From positions 468,201-532,200 of the forward strand of contig OZ287704.1 in assembly GCA_965649825.1 (NCBI GenBank): a DNA stretch of 64,000 bases, given 5' to 3'. Below are positions 49,241 through 61,607 of this stretch, in pieces. The notes beneath the pieces are model-generated. The model had not been told where the DNA came from and searched no databases. It saw only the letters and a list, made by a program, of their open reading frames with translations. This DNA comes from Penicillus capitatus. Lineage: Eukaryota > Plantae > Chlorophyta. The stretch's first letter is position 1; each line of letters starts with the position of its first letter. Both the position numbers and the translations under genes were made by a program.

Positions 49241-52200
49241 GTCGATGAGCGGGGCGGAAGTCGATGAGCGGGGTGGAAGAATCTTAAGGCGAGAGTCGGA
49301 CGATGGGCGGGTTGTGCGGCGAATCGGATGCACGAATCTTCGTCTAGGCTGTGGGGCAGCGAAAAACGCGAATACGCGAAGGCCGAGAGCCGAATGATGC
49401 AGCAGGGCGCCGACTGTTGACAATCGCCCGATCAATTGTCATTTGTCATGCTCCTCATAACAGCTGTCCACCAGTGATGCTCTAAACTGGCGTGATGCAT
49501 GACGCTATGGATCGACAATGATGCGAATGTGTCAACAGGCTGCCTCGAAAACATTCTTGTTGTTGCGTCGCAGCTTCCAGGCGAACGAGATGGAGGAGTT
49601 GCCGTCCGCCAGCCTCACGCCTGATTATTGCGACCCAGCTCTTGTCTGTCTACCGCCTGTCATGTTTCCTTGTCCATAGATCAGACCCGCACACGCTGTA
49701 GACGTTGCCTCGGGATCGGCAGTTCGGCAAGATCCCGTCATCATCAACCTGTAATTGCTTTCGTGCCTTAGGCCATCTGCGGCGAAGGCGACGCCAACCA
49801 TGTGGCTGCTGCCCAGATCAATGAGCGCAGCGCAGCGCATCTCCTTGCGAGAACAAAACTGACAATCACAGGAAAGGCTCTGGCTTTGGAATCAACGCGA
49901 CGGGGTCTGAGTGAAATGGAAGAAACGTCTTCCTAACGCCAGCGGGTTCTCTTCATCAAAAGATCTGTCGGTTGTCAAGCTTGCTGCACCGGAACACTTG
50001 AAGTGGCTCTCTTCCAAGCGTCGGGAAAGTGTTTTTCGCTTTCCTTTAGGCCAGAAATGATATACTCTTACATGAGAGTGGATCGTTCTCATCGTTCGAT
50101 CAGATTAGACGATCTAGCTGCACGAAGGAGGGATGTGTAACTCAAAGCCACTCAGTGAACTGCCGATACGTTTCTAGGCTCTTTTATCATTCCGTGCGCC
50201 GGTAGCATTGTCAGTCGTCGAGGTCACTGTGGAGCCGGTTTGATGCCGGAATGTGCCTATGCTGCTCAAAGTGCGCGTCGCTGACTGACTGCTCGAGCGA
50301 TAGACCACACAAGAGGCTGCTTTATCGCGAAAAACAGAGGGCCTGGTCCGATGAAGGAGCTAGATGTATCGTTTTGCACTTTGAGGTCAGCAACGAGCAG
50401 CAGAGAAGACGACATTCATCTGCTGACTGTCGTGCAAAACTAGGATGCAAAGAGATTCTCGAAACAGAGTGGAAGTCGTTAATTAGATCTTGACACTGTT
50501 TTGCTGTTTGGCGACTTTTTCACCAACCGATCGCCAAAACCGAGTAACATCTTTCGCACTCGAACGAGATCCATCCAGATGGGCCGCGTACGCATAGATC
50601 GATCGACAGAGAAACCGACCGAGCTGTGTCTGGCGTCTCGAATACGCCATCGACTCGTGGAAACGACGCGTGCGCTTACAAACCCATCTCCGCTGTCATG
50701 TCAGAGGAACAATGGAGCTCAGTAAGTCAACGAACTGGACGAAGCCTTCATCGGATGGGGCACAGCAGGATGGGGCTTGTCTGTCGCAATCCTGAGATGC
50801 TGATCCGAGTATCGACACAATCATCAAGAATCAAACCGAACACCGATCGATGATTCGCGTGCCGTGCGATCGGAAACTACAGATCGGCGCTGCGATCGTC
50901 GTGATCGCCTCACATGATTTTACGAATCGGCAATGAGAGAAGATCCGGCCTGCAGATAAGTCGTTCGTCATTCGGAACCATAGTCACGTCATGATATCCA
51001 GTCGTGCTTGGCAGACATATTTAGTGATGAGCCAAGGATATTGTCAGATGCGCACCAAACAATCTGACAGCTCGTAACGACCGGTTTATCAGACATGTGC
51101 AACTTTTGCACCGTCGATCCGTTCAATCGCAGATCGGACTGCACTGCAATAACAAGCTAAGATTGAAACTTCAATATCATGTGTCCGGGTTACTGATGCC
51201 ACAACCAAGATTTGCTGAGATCGATCTCTATCTTGCCTGACCGCGGTCGACTCGGAAGCGCCCGATGGCAAAGATCGATCTCGTGATGTTCAATCCGCGC
51301 ACGTTTTGGCATCGTCGATTTGTCCGATCGCCCATTGTGACAGATATAAAGCAACGAAACTGCACTTGTCTTATGGTGGGATATCGATCTGCTTATCAGC
51401 AGGAAGCATCCAAATCGTGTCATAGAGGAAAGCACTAGAAAAGCAACATGCTCAACAGCACATCGAGGAGACTAAAGTATCATCCATCAACTAGAGCATC
51501 AGATCAGCACCGTGTGCCTCCAGGCAGAGATAGCTCTGTGGGATACATATCTGGGTGCGCAGAAACACGCAGCAACAGACGCATTCACTCTCGCTGGTAC
51601 TGATCTTTGGCAATTGGCGCTGTCTGAAAACGCGACGTTTTGCTAGATGCGATGTTGGCGCCGATGCTCTTTTGATTCTGGCAAGGTTTGGAATGACCTT
51701 CCCAAGGCTATCCTGACATCAGAAGGTACTGCGAGATGATACGGGCGAGTACGGATCTTTCTTGTTCGTCTTTGAGTTGTGTGTAATCAGGAGTATCCAT
51801 CTGTGACGACGACCTCTCCCCCACACTGGGTTGGTGCCGAACCTGCATACTCATTCATCAGTTTTTTGTAGTCTTGGATCTTCTTTCTTGAGTTTTGAAT
51901 GACAGTCAGCAATAGATGCATCTGGGTGGCAGTAGTATACGATTGAACTGTTTTGTGGTCCTCTGAGTCCTGCAGGTTTTAACCTAGTCGATCAAACACA
52001 GCTCTAGCAACCTGGACTGGGCTGCATAAAAGACGTTTTATTTTGCGTTTTCGACGCGTTCGTTGTCGCGAGCTACATTGTCTACTGTGTCTGTACAATT
52101 GCCATAAGTAAATGGCCTATACAGCTTAAACATGTGTCTGTACAATTGCCACAAAAGAGATGGCCTAAACAGAGAATCCCTCTTTTTATTAAACCAAACG

Positions 52201-52384
52201 GACAGAATGTAATCGATTCAGTACTACGTCATCAAGATTGTAAAATCTAGTTTGTACAAATCCAGCATTTTAAATGCTCAAAGTATAGAAAACTGGCAAA
52301 AGATATGCAGAAATGCCATATGATTATTCGTGTAGATGTGATTGAGACTGACCCACAACAACTGAAAAGTACGCGATCGGCTAC

Positions 52385-53060
52385 ATAATAGGCTGTTTGC
52401 TGTCAGATTTCAAATCAAGGTTGTCTGCTGCTGCTGGAGGCTTCATCGATCGTAAGTTATCATCTTGATCACAAACTGTCGAATGTCGGATCGAATTTGC
52501 TGTCTGCTGCTGGAGGCTGCTGGAGGCTGCTGTAGGCTTCATCGCTGGTAAGTCGTCTTCATCATAGCTGTTGGATGTCGGATCGAATTTGTTGTCTGCT
52601 GCTGGAGGCTTCATCAATCGCAAGTTGTCGTCTTCATCACAATCTCTCGGAATTCAGATCAGGCAGTCGTCGTCATCTCATATAATCGTCGTCTTCATAT
52701 CGGCTCTCGGATGTCGGGCAGGCTGGTAGTCGCCATCAAATCGGCAGTCGGCTTCATCACAGGATGTCGGATGCCAGATCAGGTAGTCGTCCTCATATCG
52801 GCTCTCGGATGTCGGGAGGGCGGGCGGGCAGGCGGGCAGGCAGGCAGGCAGGCAGTCGTCCTCATCTCGGGTAGTCGCCATCAAATCGGCAGTCGGCTTC
52901 ATCGCAGGATCTCGGATATCAGATCGAGCAGGCAGTCGGCTTCATCGCAGGATGTCGGATGCCAGATCAGGTAGTCGTCCTCATATCGGCTCTCGGATGT
53001 CAGATCGGGCAGGTATTCGTCATCATCAAAAGTAGTCGCTGCCACAGACCTGGGTGACTC
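52385..53060 (-). repeat. Short degenerate relative of the 17.5-19.8 kb array
   Basis: GATGAAGCCTCCAGCAGCAG units (52420-52620), a 70-nt duplicate (about 52743-52812 vs 52932-53001), and a (GGCA/GGCG)n run at 52819-52857. Confidence 0.85.
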
Positions 53061-53513
53061 ATGACGTCCGAAAGGGTCGATGGGTCCAATCTCAACCCCG
53101 TCCCTAGAGCCCGGACCCATTAGGTGGATCTAAAACACAAAATAGTTAGTAATTGTGAGAAATTGATGAGAGAGGAACTTACTGCATCAAGAGGGTGATC
53201 CCCCAGGCTCCGGAAACAGTCCCACGTGCCACTCGACACAGTCGCAACGGCTTTCCACCTTGGGGGCGTCTCTCGGCGAAACAAAAAAAAAAACGCACCG
53301 CGCAGAACGTAGAGAACGCATCGGAGATCGGAGCCGGACATGCAGAAAGGTAGGGAGAGGAAGAACACACAAAAACAGAAAAGAAAAAAAAACAAAAAAA
53401 ACGAGAAGAGAAACACGCGGGTGAAAAAAAAACTGCAAAAGAAGAGAAAAAGGGACAGGTCCATGTCCCAGACACATCAGAGCACAAGGAAAAACGCGAA
53501 GACGTCATGAAGG

Positions 53514-53545
53514 CACCATCGCATCGAAAAAAAGATGCGATGGTG
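53514..53545. other. Perfect 12-bp hairpin CACCATCGCATC-(GA7)-GATGCGATGGTG in an A-tract-rich region
   Basis: Exact inverted repeat, read directly. Confidence 0.9.
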
Positions 53546-53803
53546 GCATAAAAAACAGTCAGAGAAGGTAAAAGTAAAAAAAGTAAAAATAGCGCGCCCG
53601 CGAAACTGCCGCAGAAAAAGATGACCCTGCCCACGGCCAGAATAGAAAAAAAAGTAAAAGACGGCCAGTGGTAGAAAAACGATCACGCGCGGACCTGAAT
53701 TCAAAAAGGCCGCAGGCAGGGCTCGCCTCGCTACGCTTGCCCGCGGAGTACCGACCAACAGCTCCCGGTACCTGGACAACGCAGGCGCCCCTCGGCACTG
53801 GTT

Positions 53804-55097
53804 TCACACCCCCCTGACGCCCTTAAAGTGTCCCGGGCGCCAGCTCCCCACTGGGGGAAGCTGGTCCTGCAAGCAGACGGCGGTTAGATGCATGAAAGAA
53901 TGCATCGAAAGACTTACTTGGCGGGACAGGGTTGAGTGGATCCATTCCCTGCGATGGAAGAGTCGATCTGGAGGCAGTGACTTCGACGACAGCTCCATCC
54001 CTACCACCGTCGCCTTCGCCCGTCCAAGAAGCGACAGATCGCGGTCTCCATCATCGTCGCCTGGCAGAGGAAACATCGGATCTTCCTTGTCGTCGTCTCC
54101 ATCATCACCTGCCACAGGCGCTGCGTCGCTGTTGACGACGGCGTGTCGATCGGCGCCGGCGTCGCTTCTCATCCGACCCTCGGCAGCTTCCGGTCCGTCA
54201 GTATACATCCCTGTCGCTGCAGTCCGGTCTCGTGACGTCCGCGGCTCGCCAGCACTGAAGGAAGGTCCCGGTGTGTCGACTCGGAGTACTGCTCGGCGTT
54301 CCAGTCCTGTTTTCGGCAGAACACCAAAACGCTCACTCCATCTCCGACGCGACTCGCTCAGAAAAGCACGAGGAGCGAGTTCTTGAGGTTCTTCGTACAC
54401 ACGACGCACGAGAATTCGGTTATCCATCGAGCTGACGACCAGGAAGAGGCAGCACGTCCGCCACATACGCTGCCCATTCGAACCCTGGCTGTTGCTGAGC
54501 GACAAACGCACTCGTCCAGATCCTACTCAGCACACAACACCTTCTCCACGCTACCACCCATAACAGAGACCGCACCGAATATCCAATTCTGAGACGGGCG
54601 CCATTCAATCTGATTTCCGGTCGAAAGCTCCACGTCTCTTAGCCCTTGTAACAGCGCGTCTTATAGAATCCCGCCTGCGTCAGATGCTCCCGTAGCCCTG
54701 TCGAACAAAGAATGTGTTGGAAGACATCGAACGACGCGGCCTCCTACTGACCTGTTGTGTTACACCCGTCGGCCTCGATGAAGTTCGGTGTCTCGGCGTC
54801 CGTCAAAAAGCGCCACCTACTACGCAACGCGAATCGTCGTTTCCCGATTGTGGCTTCTGACTCAAGAGCGTCGTTCGAGAAACGCAACCCGTTTTAGGTT
54901 TGCTCGCGAACGAACATACCTTGGCGCTCTGCCATTTGGTTGCCTATACCCCGTTTCCCGGCGACGAGATAATTTTCGTCCGGGGAATCGTCGTAAACGT
55001 TCGTCTGAACCGGCTGCAAGCAAAACGGACGACAATCATCTCGTCCACAGAGACATCGAAAAACGGGGATCCGACGGCGACCCTCTGCATCTACCAT
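53804..55097 (-). CDS. Uncharacterised multi-exon gene ('gene G'), divergent from tig; possibly disrupted
   Basis: ATG 55097 MVDAEG..FRCLCGRDDCRPFC..AERQ|GTATGT. A second open exon (EATIGKRRFAL..GCNTT|GTCAGT) and a third (GLREHLTQAGFYKTRCYKG*) follow, then the acidic ORF 53804-54511. One TAA is unexplained. Confidence 0.4.
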
Positions 55098-55548
55098 GGC
55101 GTTCCGTCAACCGTCAGACCGCCCTCAGGCGCCGTACCACGATGCGGTGCCCATTCCACTGTCCTTTTCTGAAATGTCCCTGTCCATCGCGTCGCGGACA
55201 GTTTGGTTCCTGCATGGCCCACGCCGGATTCTCCCAGACGCATCATCCTTCGCTGTACCTGTCGATGCTGACGTCAACCGTCACATGCCACGCGTCTCCG
55301 ATCCCCGGCAGTCCAGAGGACAGCCGCACCGGATTCCACTGTCGAGTCCACGACGCCCGCGACCCGCGTTCCGAACAGCGCCGAGTCGATGCCCGTCAGC
55401 CGCGGAGGGCGAACTTCAGTCGAATGGCGACATGCAAGACCTGACGGACGGAGAGCGTTGTACGACAGACTTCCTTCTCGCAGCAGATCGCGCTCGTCTC
55501 CGTCGCGAGGACTTCCGGCTCGGCCCACCCACTAGCGATATCCTCTCG

Positions 55549-57354
55549 ATGCGCATCTCGACGTCGCAGAAGCCGACTGCGTTCTTCCCCCGGCCCGACA
55601 AGGCAAACGCTCGCCTTGTCTGTCGTTCTTCTTCGATCCCTCTCCTCGCTGCTCAGACTCGCCGTCCTTCGTCTGTCACAACTCTCTGTCAAGCTCGGGC
55701 CTCGAACGATCTCAAAGTGCCCCATCGAACAGGTCAGGCCGTTTGCAGTCCGCTTGTGCAGGTCACTCATCGAGAGCTGCCGAACAGTCGGATAGAACTG
55801 ACGCTCACGATCTCCCCCGAAGCGACCCAGAAGAGCTACAATGCCTTCGTTCGCAAAGTCGAATCCGAAACGCATCTTCCAGGGTTTCGCAGGGGACAGA
55901 AAGTTCCTCTGCCTCTGCTGATGCGGTCGAGGGGCGGAGAAGAGGCCTTCAAGGGCGAAGCGCTGCAACAGCTTGTCGAGACGGCCGCCGAGAAGGCGCT
56001 GCGCGATTGGCAGGGCAGAGCGATCGAAGACAGCGATCGACTCGAGACCAGCCCAAGGGAACTTGCCGAGAGTTTCTCCCCAGACGAGGCGCTGCAGTTT
56101 CGCATCTCTTTCGACGTCATGTCCGAAGTGAAATGGGCCTCCCCATATCGCGATCTCAAAGTCATCCCGAGATCTCGCTTTCCTGCAAGAAGGGTACTGT
56201 AGTTGGAGATACTGGAGAAGGGAGATGAGGAGTCGGATGCCAGGAACGCAGAGTCTTACATCCGAACCATGCGCAAACAGAAGGGCTCTCAGCGCGTGGT
56301 CGTCGAACGAGGATTGGAACAAGGCGACGTCGCGATCCTAGATTTTCAGTTTCTGCGGCCGGACAATCGAGAAGACCTGCCCCATCTGAAGCAGGAGAAG
56401 TTCAGATTCGACACAGACCTTCCTGATGCACTCGGTACCCCGCGGATCTGCGAAGTGTCCCTTCATCCGGGCTGTGCAGGTGTGACGGACAGAGTCACGG
56501 GCATCCGAGTTGGAGACGTTCGCGAGTTCGACATCACTTTTCCGCAGGACTGGGAGCCGCCAGTCTACCGGTTTGTCCACCCGGCCCAGCAGTGGCTGTC
56601 CTCGATCCATGCATCCTGCAGGGGAGTTGAAGCCATTGCTGTTGTGACGTGTCGCGAGCTATTCGCTTGGGATCTGCCCGAGCTGACGGACGGCCTTGTC
56701 AAGGCCCTCGACCGGCCGACGCTGCAGACGGTCGACGATCTGCGCTCCTCTCTGATCCTGGCGGAGAGGAGTCGAAGGGCAGAGAGACTGCAGGACGCCA
56801 TTCAGGATGCTCTGTTGCACGAACTGGCTGCCATCGTCGACATGGAGATCCCGGAAGCAGCCTTGATGGAGACGGCGAAGGTTAGGTACCAGACAATGCT
56901 CCTCGAAATGCAATCCAAAGTGCGATCCGAGTACAGCAGCAATCGTTCCGGCCCGAGATACGGTTGAAGGGTAAATTGGGTCCTTCCGCCCTGGAGAGTC
57001 TCGCGACGGAGCAGATGCTCAGTAACTACATGATGTCGCATCGGACCGAGATCGAGAGAGACCAAAAGGGGATCGCTGCCATGCAGGCCGTCTTTTCGGA
57101 CCAAGAGATGTCCGTCAGCGACGACGAGATAGAAGCAGAGGTTGCGAAGGCCGAGAGCGAGTTTCAGGTATGGCACGACGGCGGCACAGCCGTTCGCAAG
57201 GGGTATCTTGCAGGACATGGGCGAGTCGTACGACAAAGATCGATTGAAGGAGATGGCACGGGAAGTTCTGCAGAACGCGAAGGTGGTGCAGTGGTTCGTG
57301 AAGAATGGCAACATCAAGATCCTGCCGTACCAAACAGAAAGGACACAGGCCTAG
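55549..57354 (+). CDS. tig: Plastid trigger factor; exons 55549-56160, 56203-56434, 56480-56570, 56622-56919, 56970-57167, 57214-57354
   Basis: Ribosome-binding motif LPGFRRGQKVP, FKBP-like GDVAILDF..F.FDT..GIRVGDVREFDITFP.DW, WDLPELTD and a C-terminal chaperone domain. Five GT-AG introns of 42-51 nt. Start placed at ATG 55549 (Ser/Arg-rich transit peptide) because the upstream part of the 55096 ORF is duplicated non-tig sequence. Confidence 0.93.
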
Positions 57355-57631
57355 TCACGTATAGAGGACATCGTTGTCTTCCGTCGAGGCGGACCACACG
57401 CTTTTTGCAATTTTGAGTGCGATCGGTTTGTACGGGGCGTCGATCGACAGCAGATCGCGAAGGCCTCGAAGGAAAACGGCGTCCGACGATGTCTCCACTG
57501 AACGACTGCCAGAAGGGTCCGGTCGGTAGCCTGAAAAGAACAGGAGCGGCGTGTACAGACGGACAACGGAGGTACCTGGTGTCAGCAGGCAGGTGGTGCG
57601 GATCTGCAAAACGTCGGCGAAATGCAGCCAT

Positions 57632-57885
57632 ATGACGGCGTCTGAGTTGGAGGCGATTGTTCCCTATGCGTCTCTCGTCTTGGAGTTCACCGTCGCTCTC
57701 CTAATTTTTTGCCTATCCACCTCACCTGCGTCAGCGCCTCGTATAAAGAAGTGTCTGCAGATTTCTCACTCTAGCGCGAGTGGCAATCGCCAAGCGACTC
57801 GACACGCCATCTTGCCAGGGTAGAACGCGTCTATCCTTTCGCAAGAGACCACCCTTCAGAAATCACTTTCCTGTTCCATCTATAT
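57632..57885 (+). pseudogene. STE24 5' fragment, third copy
   Basis: MTASELEAIVPYASLVLEFTVA, then a frameshift. Same structure as 3235-3490. Confidence 0.85.
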
Positions 57886-58224
57886 CGCAAACAGAGGCAT
57901 CCACTATCAATTCTCAATAGCAGGACACCGAATCCGACAGATCACTCGACGTGATGTTTGATTGGAAAGCGACGCGCAGAGCAGCAGATCGCGACCATAT
58001 ATCCACGGCATCCATCTTCAAAGCGTCTGTCTATCTATCCCAGATGCATCGTCGTTAATGGGCCGATGTGACGATTCGTTCTCGATGACACGTCGCGGAA
58101 GTCGTTGCTTCCTAAGGCCAGAACACAGCTTCCGTTCTACAGAGGGAGATTCTTCACCGAAGGCGTTTTCCAAAGCAGAGCGCCGTCGCGTCGGCGTGCA
58201 AGGTCGACTGTGAGATTCCAGCCT

Positions 58225-58833
58225 ATGGATCGGCGATGCTCTTCGAAAGACTGCTCTGGGTGCGGTCGTCGGAGACCCAAGACGCATTTTGCCCGCAACA
58301 CCCGTGATGCCTCCGGTCTGCAGCCCTGGTGCAGAAGCTGCCATCGAAGGTACCTGTCTAAGAAGCCCAAGGTCTTGGCGCCAACTGTCCACGACAAGCG
58401 TTGCTCGACCTGCCAGAAGATAAAATCCGTCCGGTACTTCAACAAGGACATCAGTAAGCCGTCAGGGGTCCGGTCCCACTGCAATGCCTGTCGAAGCGAG
58501 CAACGCCATGCGCAGCGTCACGCCGATCGGCGTCGTCTCCATCGCTCTGAAGAATCGCGCGGTGCGCAAAAACCGAACCAAAAGAAGCGAAAGAGACAGG
58601 CGAATGCGCCAGACGACAGTGCAAGGGGCAAGGAGACGTCAGTCGTGCCTCCGACGGAGTCTACGGTCGCCTCCAGACAACGAGATCTTCGTGCGGAAGT
58701 CCAGAGATCTGACGTCGCCAAGACGCCGGCCACGATGCGACATTGTTTCTGTTCTCTGTCGCCGTCTGAGATGCGACTGGCAGCTCTGTTAACAGTGGCC
58801 GATTACGAGTCAACGAAGTCTGTCTGCCTTTAA
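58225..58833 (+). CDS. Tandem C4 zinc-finger protein, copy 2
   Basis: Identical to 3829-4437 except Q>H (SQC to SHC). Confidence 0.6.
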   Translation: MDRRCSSKDCSGCGRRRPKTHFARNTRDASGLQPWCRSCHRRYLSKKPKVLAPTVHDKRCSTCQKIKSVRYFNKDISKPSGVRSHCNACRSEQRHAQRHADRRRLHRSEESRGAQKPNQKKRKRQANAPDDSARGKETSVVPPTESTVASRQRDLRAEVQRSDVAKTPATMRHCFCSLSPSEMRLAALLTVADYESTKSVCL

Positions 58834-59345
58834 CCGACCCTTTTCTTTTTGACGTGACGTTTGCGTCTTGCCGGCAGTGGCTAGCTAACTCGCACCGTGA
58901 CACCGCGTTCGTTTGACAAGCAGACCAACACGGACCAAAGTCACATCGGCAGTGAAGGTGTTGCCTTGCATTCTGATTGGCGCATTCCGAGTTTCTTTGC
59001 TGACACGAATAGTCGAAGCTCTCTCTGCAGTTTGTGCAATACTTGACTAGAGATTATCCCCTGGAAGATCCACGAGAGTCCTTCAACAGAGGTCGAGCGA
59101 TGTCGACATCCATGTCGGCACACGCAGTCCTGCTCATCGGCGTCATCGATCGAATCTTATTCGCAAGAGCTTCAAAGTGTGCGGCAGATAAGCGTCCATA
59201 ACTTGACTTCTTTGGGAACCATTACTCCTTGCGAAAGACCGATGGATGCGTCCTCTAATAGGGCCGATGCATTTGTCGGAGGCGATGGATGAACGATTCG
59301 AGAACTCTGGCCAACGATTACATGTCGCGATCGCATGGTGCCCTC

Positions 59346-60226
59346 TCACTGACTCTCTTGTGTCTCCCTGCAGAACCCGGTTTTATCGTTTACGAAAACC
59401 AACAAATGTACCCCTTTTGGAGCCGCGACCGAAGCTCTTCTATTGCCCTTCTCTTTGCTTCGCACACTTGCAAGATCTCAAAGTTCTTCCGGATCAGATG
59501 GTGCCACTCCCTGTCCAGCTTGGCCAACTTCTTTCCCACTTCCATCTGAAAAAACGTCGTTCGTCCTTTGGGGATAGTCAGTCGGCTTTCATCTGACCTG
59601 CGAAAGCTTCCTCTTCTTGTTGATCTCGGCAATCTGCTCCTTCGAACTCGAGAGAGCGTTCCTGTACTCGTCATCGACTCTCTGTGACTGCTCGTTCGCT
59701 TTCTTCCAGACAGCTGGCGCGAACTTCAGTTCCAGTTCCAGGTTCAGCGTCCTGTATTTGGCCAGCCCCTTTCTGCGTAACGTCGGAATTTGACGCTGGG
59801 CATCACCTCAGTCTCTGATTCTCCAGCTGAGCTTGGGCGTTGCGCAATGTCCATCCCCATGCATCCGGATCATTCTGCCAGTCGAGAGGCGGCTCCGGCA
59901 GCGCGTACCTGTCAGCAGATGCCTGTCATGTAAACGGGGTCTGCATTTGGCCGACCTCTGAGTGTCTAGGCTTTCCATCGCTTTTCCGTTCTTGACTCTC
60001 TTGTACTCGGTCTGGAGCGCTTCGGACCCGCCGAAGGAAGGCTGGCCGATCGGCGACATGCCATTCAGGTAGTCTTTCGGTTTCTTTTCGTTCTTCTCCT
60101 TCTGAAGGGTTCCTTTTTAGCGGCGAATCGAATCATCCAGCAGACGCGCACCTCTTCGGCTATGAGCCGGTCGACCTGCTCCTGCTCCTCTCGTGTTATG
60201 GTGTCGATGTAGGGCAGGGCGTCCAT
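59346..60226 (-). CDS. SPF27: SPF27/BCAS2, copy 2
   Basis: Same exon structure at +54,396. The differences I saw are missense (S>N, H>Q) or intronic. Confidence 0.92.
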
Positions 60227-60303
60227 CGCACGGCTTTACAAAAGACACGCGTGTCCAATCGCTCGCGGACTTATGATGCAACAAATCAAGAATGATTCGT
60301 TCG

Positions 60304-61595
60304 TCACACGTGCGCGATAGCGACAGGATCCAGGTGTTGAATATATCGAGATGCCGTCACACACGTCAACCGGAGACGGGCGTTGCAGGTTCTGCTATCC
60401 TCGAACAGACGAGCTTCGACTAGTCTGGTTCCAGCACGAAGAGATTTCGCACATTGGTACAGGAGTTGTGTCTCACGGAGAGGGATGTTCGTGTCGAAGT
60501 CTCTCTCGTCTGCCTCAGCTGCGGCGGATGCATCCCACAGTGATAGAGGCTTCGCAATCGCCACACAAGCGGTAGTCTGGATTGGATTACGATTACTGAG
60601 GATTCGTTCATCCTATTGCAAAGACTCCGAATCGCACTTTCGTCGTTGATCACACTTCTTCGAGACAAAAGGGGAATGTCTATCGACTCGAGAAGAAAAG
60701 ATGGGTAGTCTCTGAAAGGATTGGCACTTCCGAGAAAAAGCTGTACACAGGCGGATTCTTGGATCTGTGTACGAATGTGTGCCCTATGCATTGGGAGCGT
60801 GCACCCGAACATCGTTTCACAGTCAAGTGTATCACTGTTCACCTCGAAGCGACTGACGGTCTGGTGCATCCAGGAAGCACACCTGTTCTATGCAGACAGC
60901 ACATTTGCCCTTCAGCGCTATTCGACTAGTAAAAGAAATCAATTGATTTGGTTACAAATTAAGTACGGAGTTGATTAACATGCGGATCCGGTGTCATTCC
61001 TTTATCTGCAAGTACCTTTTTGTGATCATGTATTTCCTGCGTACTGGCATAAGAGGTTGTCCCCATCTCGAATCCTCTGATCTCGGATAGGAGTCTGCAC
61101 CAATGTCTTCATACCTCATGTTCATCTAGTCCAAGTGCCACCACAGGGTTGTGCAGCATATTAGTCTCGCCAGCGAGAATCGGCTAATTCTCACCAAAGG
61201 CCTGTCTTCGAGCGACTGTCGTGTTTGAGCGATCCATTATTCCCATCACTAACACGACAGCCGTTAAGGGATTGGCAGAGAGAGTGGCGACATTGCCGCC
61301 TACCTTCCAATCCTTCAGAACGGCATTATGTTGGTTAGAACAAAGTGTAGGAGGCATTCAGTCGTGGATCCGGTCGATGAGGAGGCCCCTCGGATTCAAG
61401 GATCCGTTCGACGAGTTCGAGTCTCGCGGATCTTCGCGGCGGGACTATCATGACACCGTCCCTACGGTTGACGGTACCGCAGACGGATGATACCTTTTCA
61501 ATCGCTGCGGCGTTCGGACCATTGTCGATTTTCGGTTTCCGAATTGACAGCCTTTGCCAAATCTTCGGCGAACTTTTCTTCAACTGCGAACGCAC
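60304..61595 (-). pseudogene. Gene X, copy 2
   Basis: TGA at 61111-61109 where copy 1 has CGA. Retains TGG where copy 1 has TGA. Confidence 0.4.
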
Positions 61596-61607
61596 TCTCG
61601 AAGCATC

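Larger units (their letters stand above)
51330..55450 (-). repeat. Inverted duplication arm (partner 16960-20850) with an extra segment of about 1.75 kb (53115-54855)
   Basis: See the partner feature. The central 53115-54855 segment has no counterpart at 17 kb. Confidence 0.88.

Noticed and set aside
55096-55548. Long N-terminal extension of trigger factor
   Set aside because: This stretch is the region duplicated at about 16960-17250, and ATG 55549 begins a typical transit peptide. More likely promoter/5' UTR, though not excluded.
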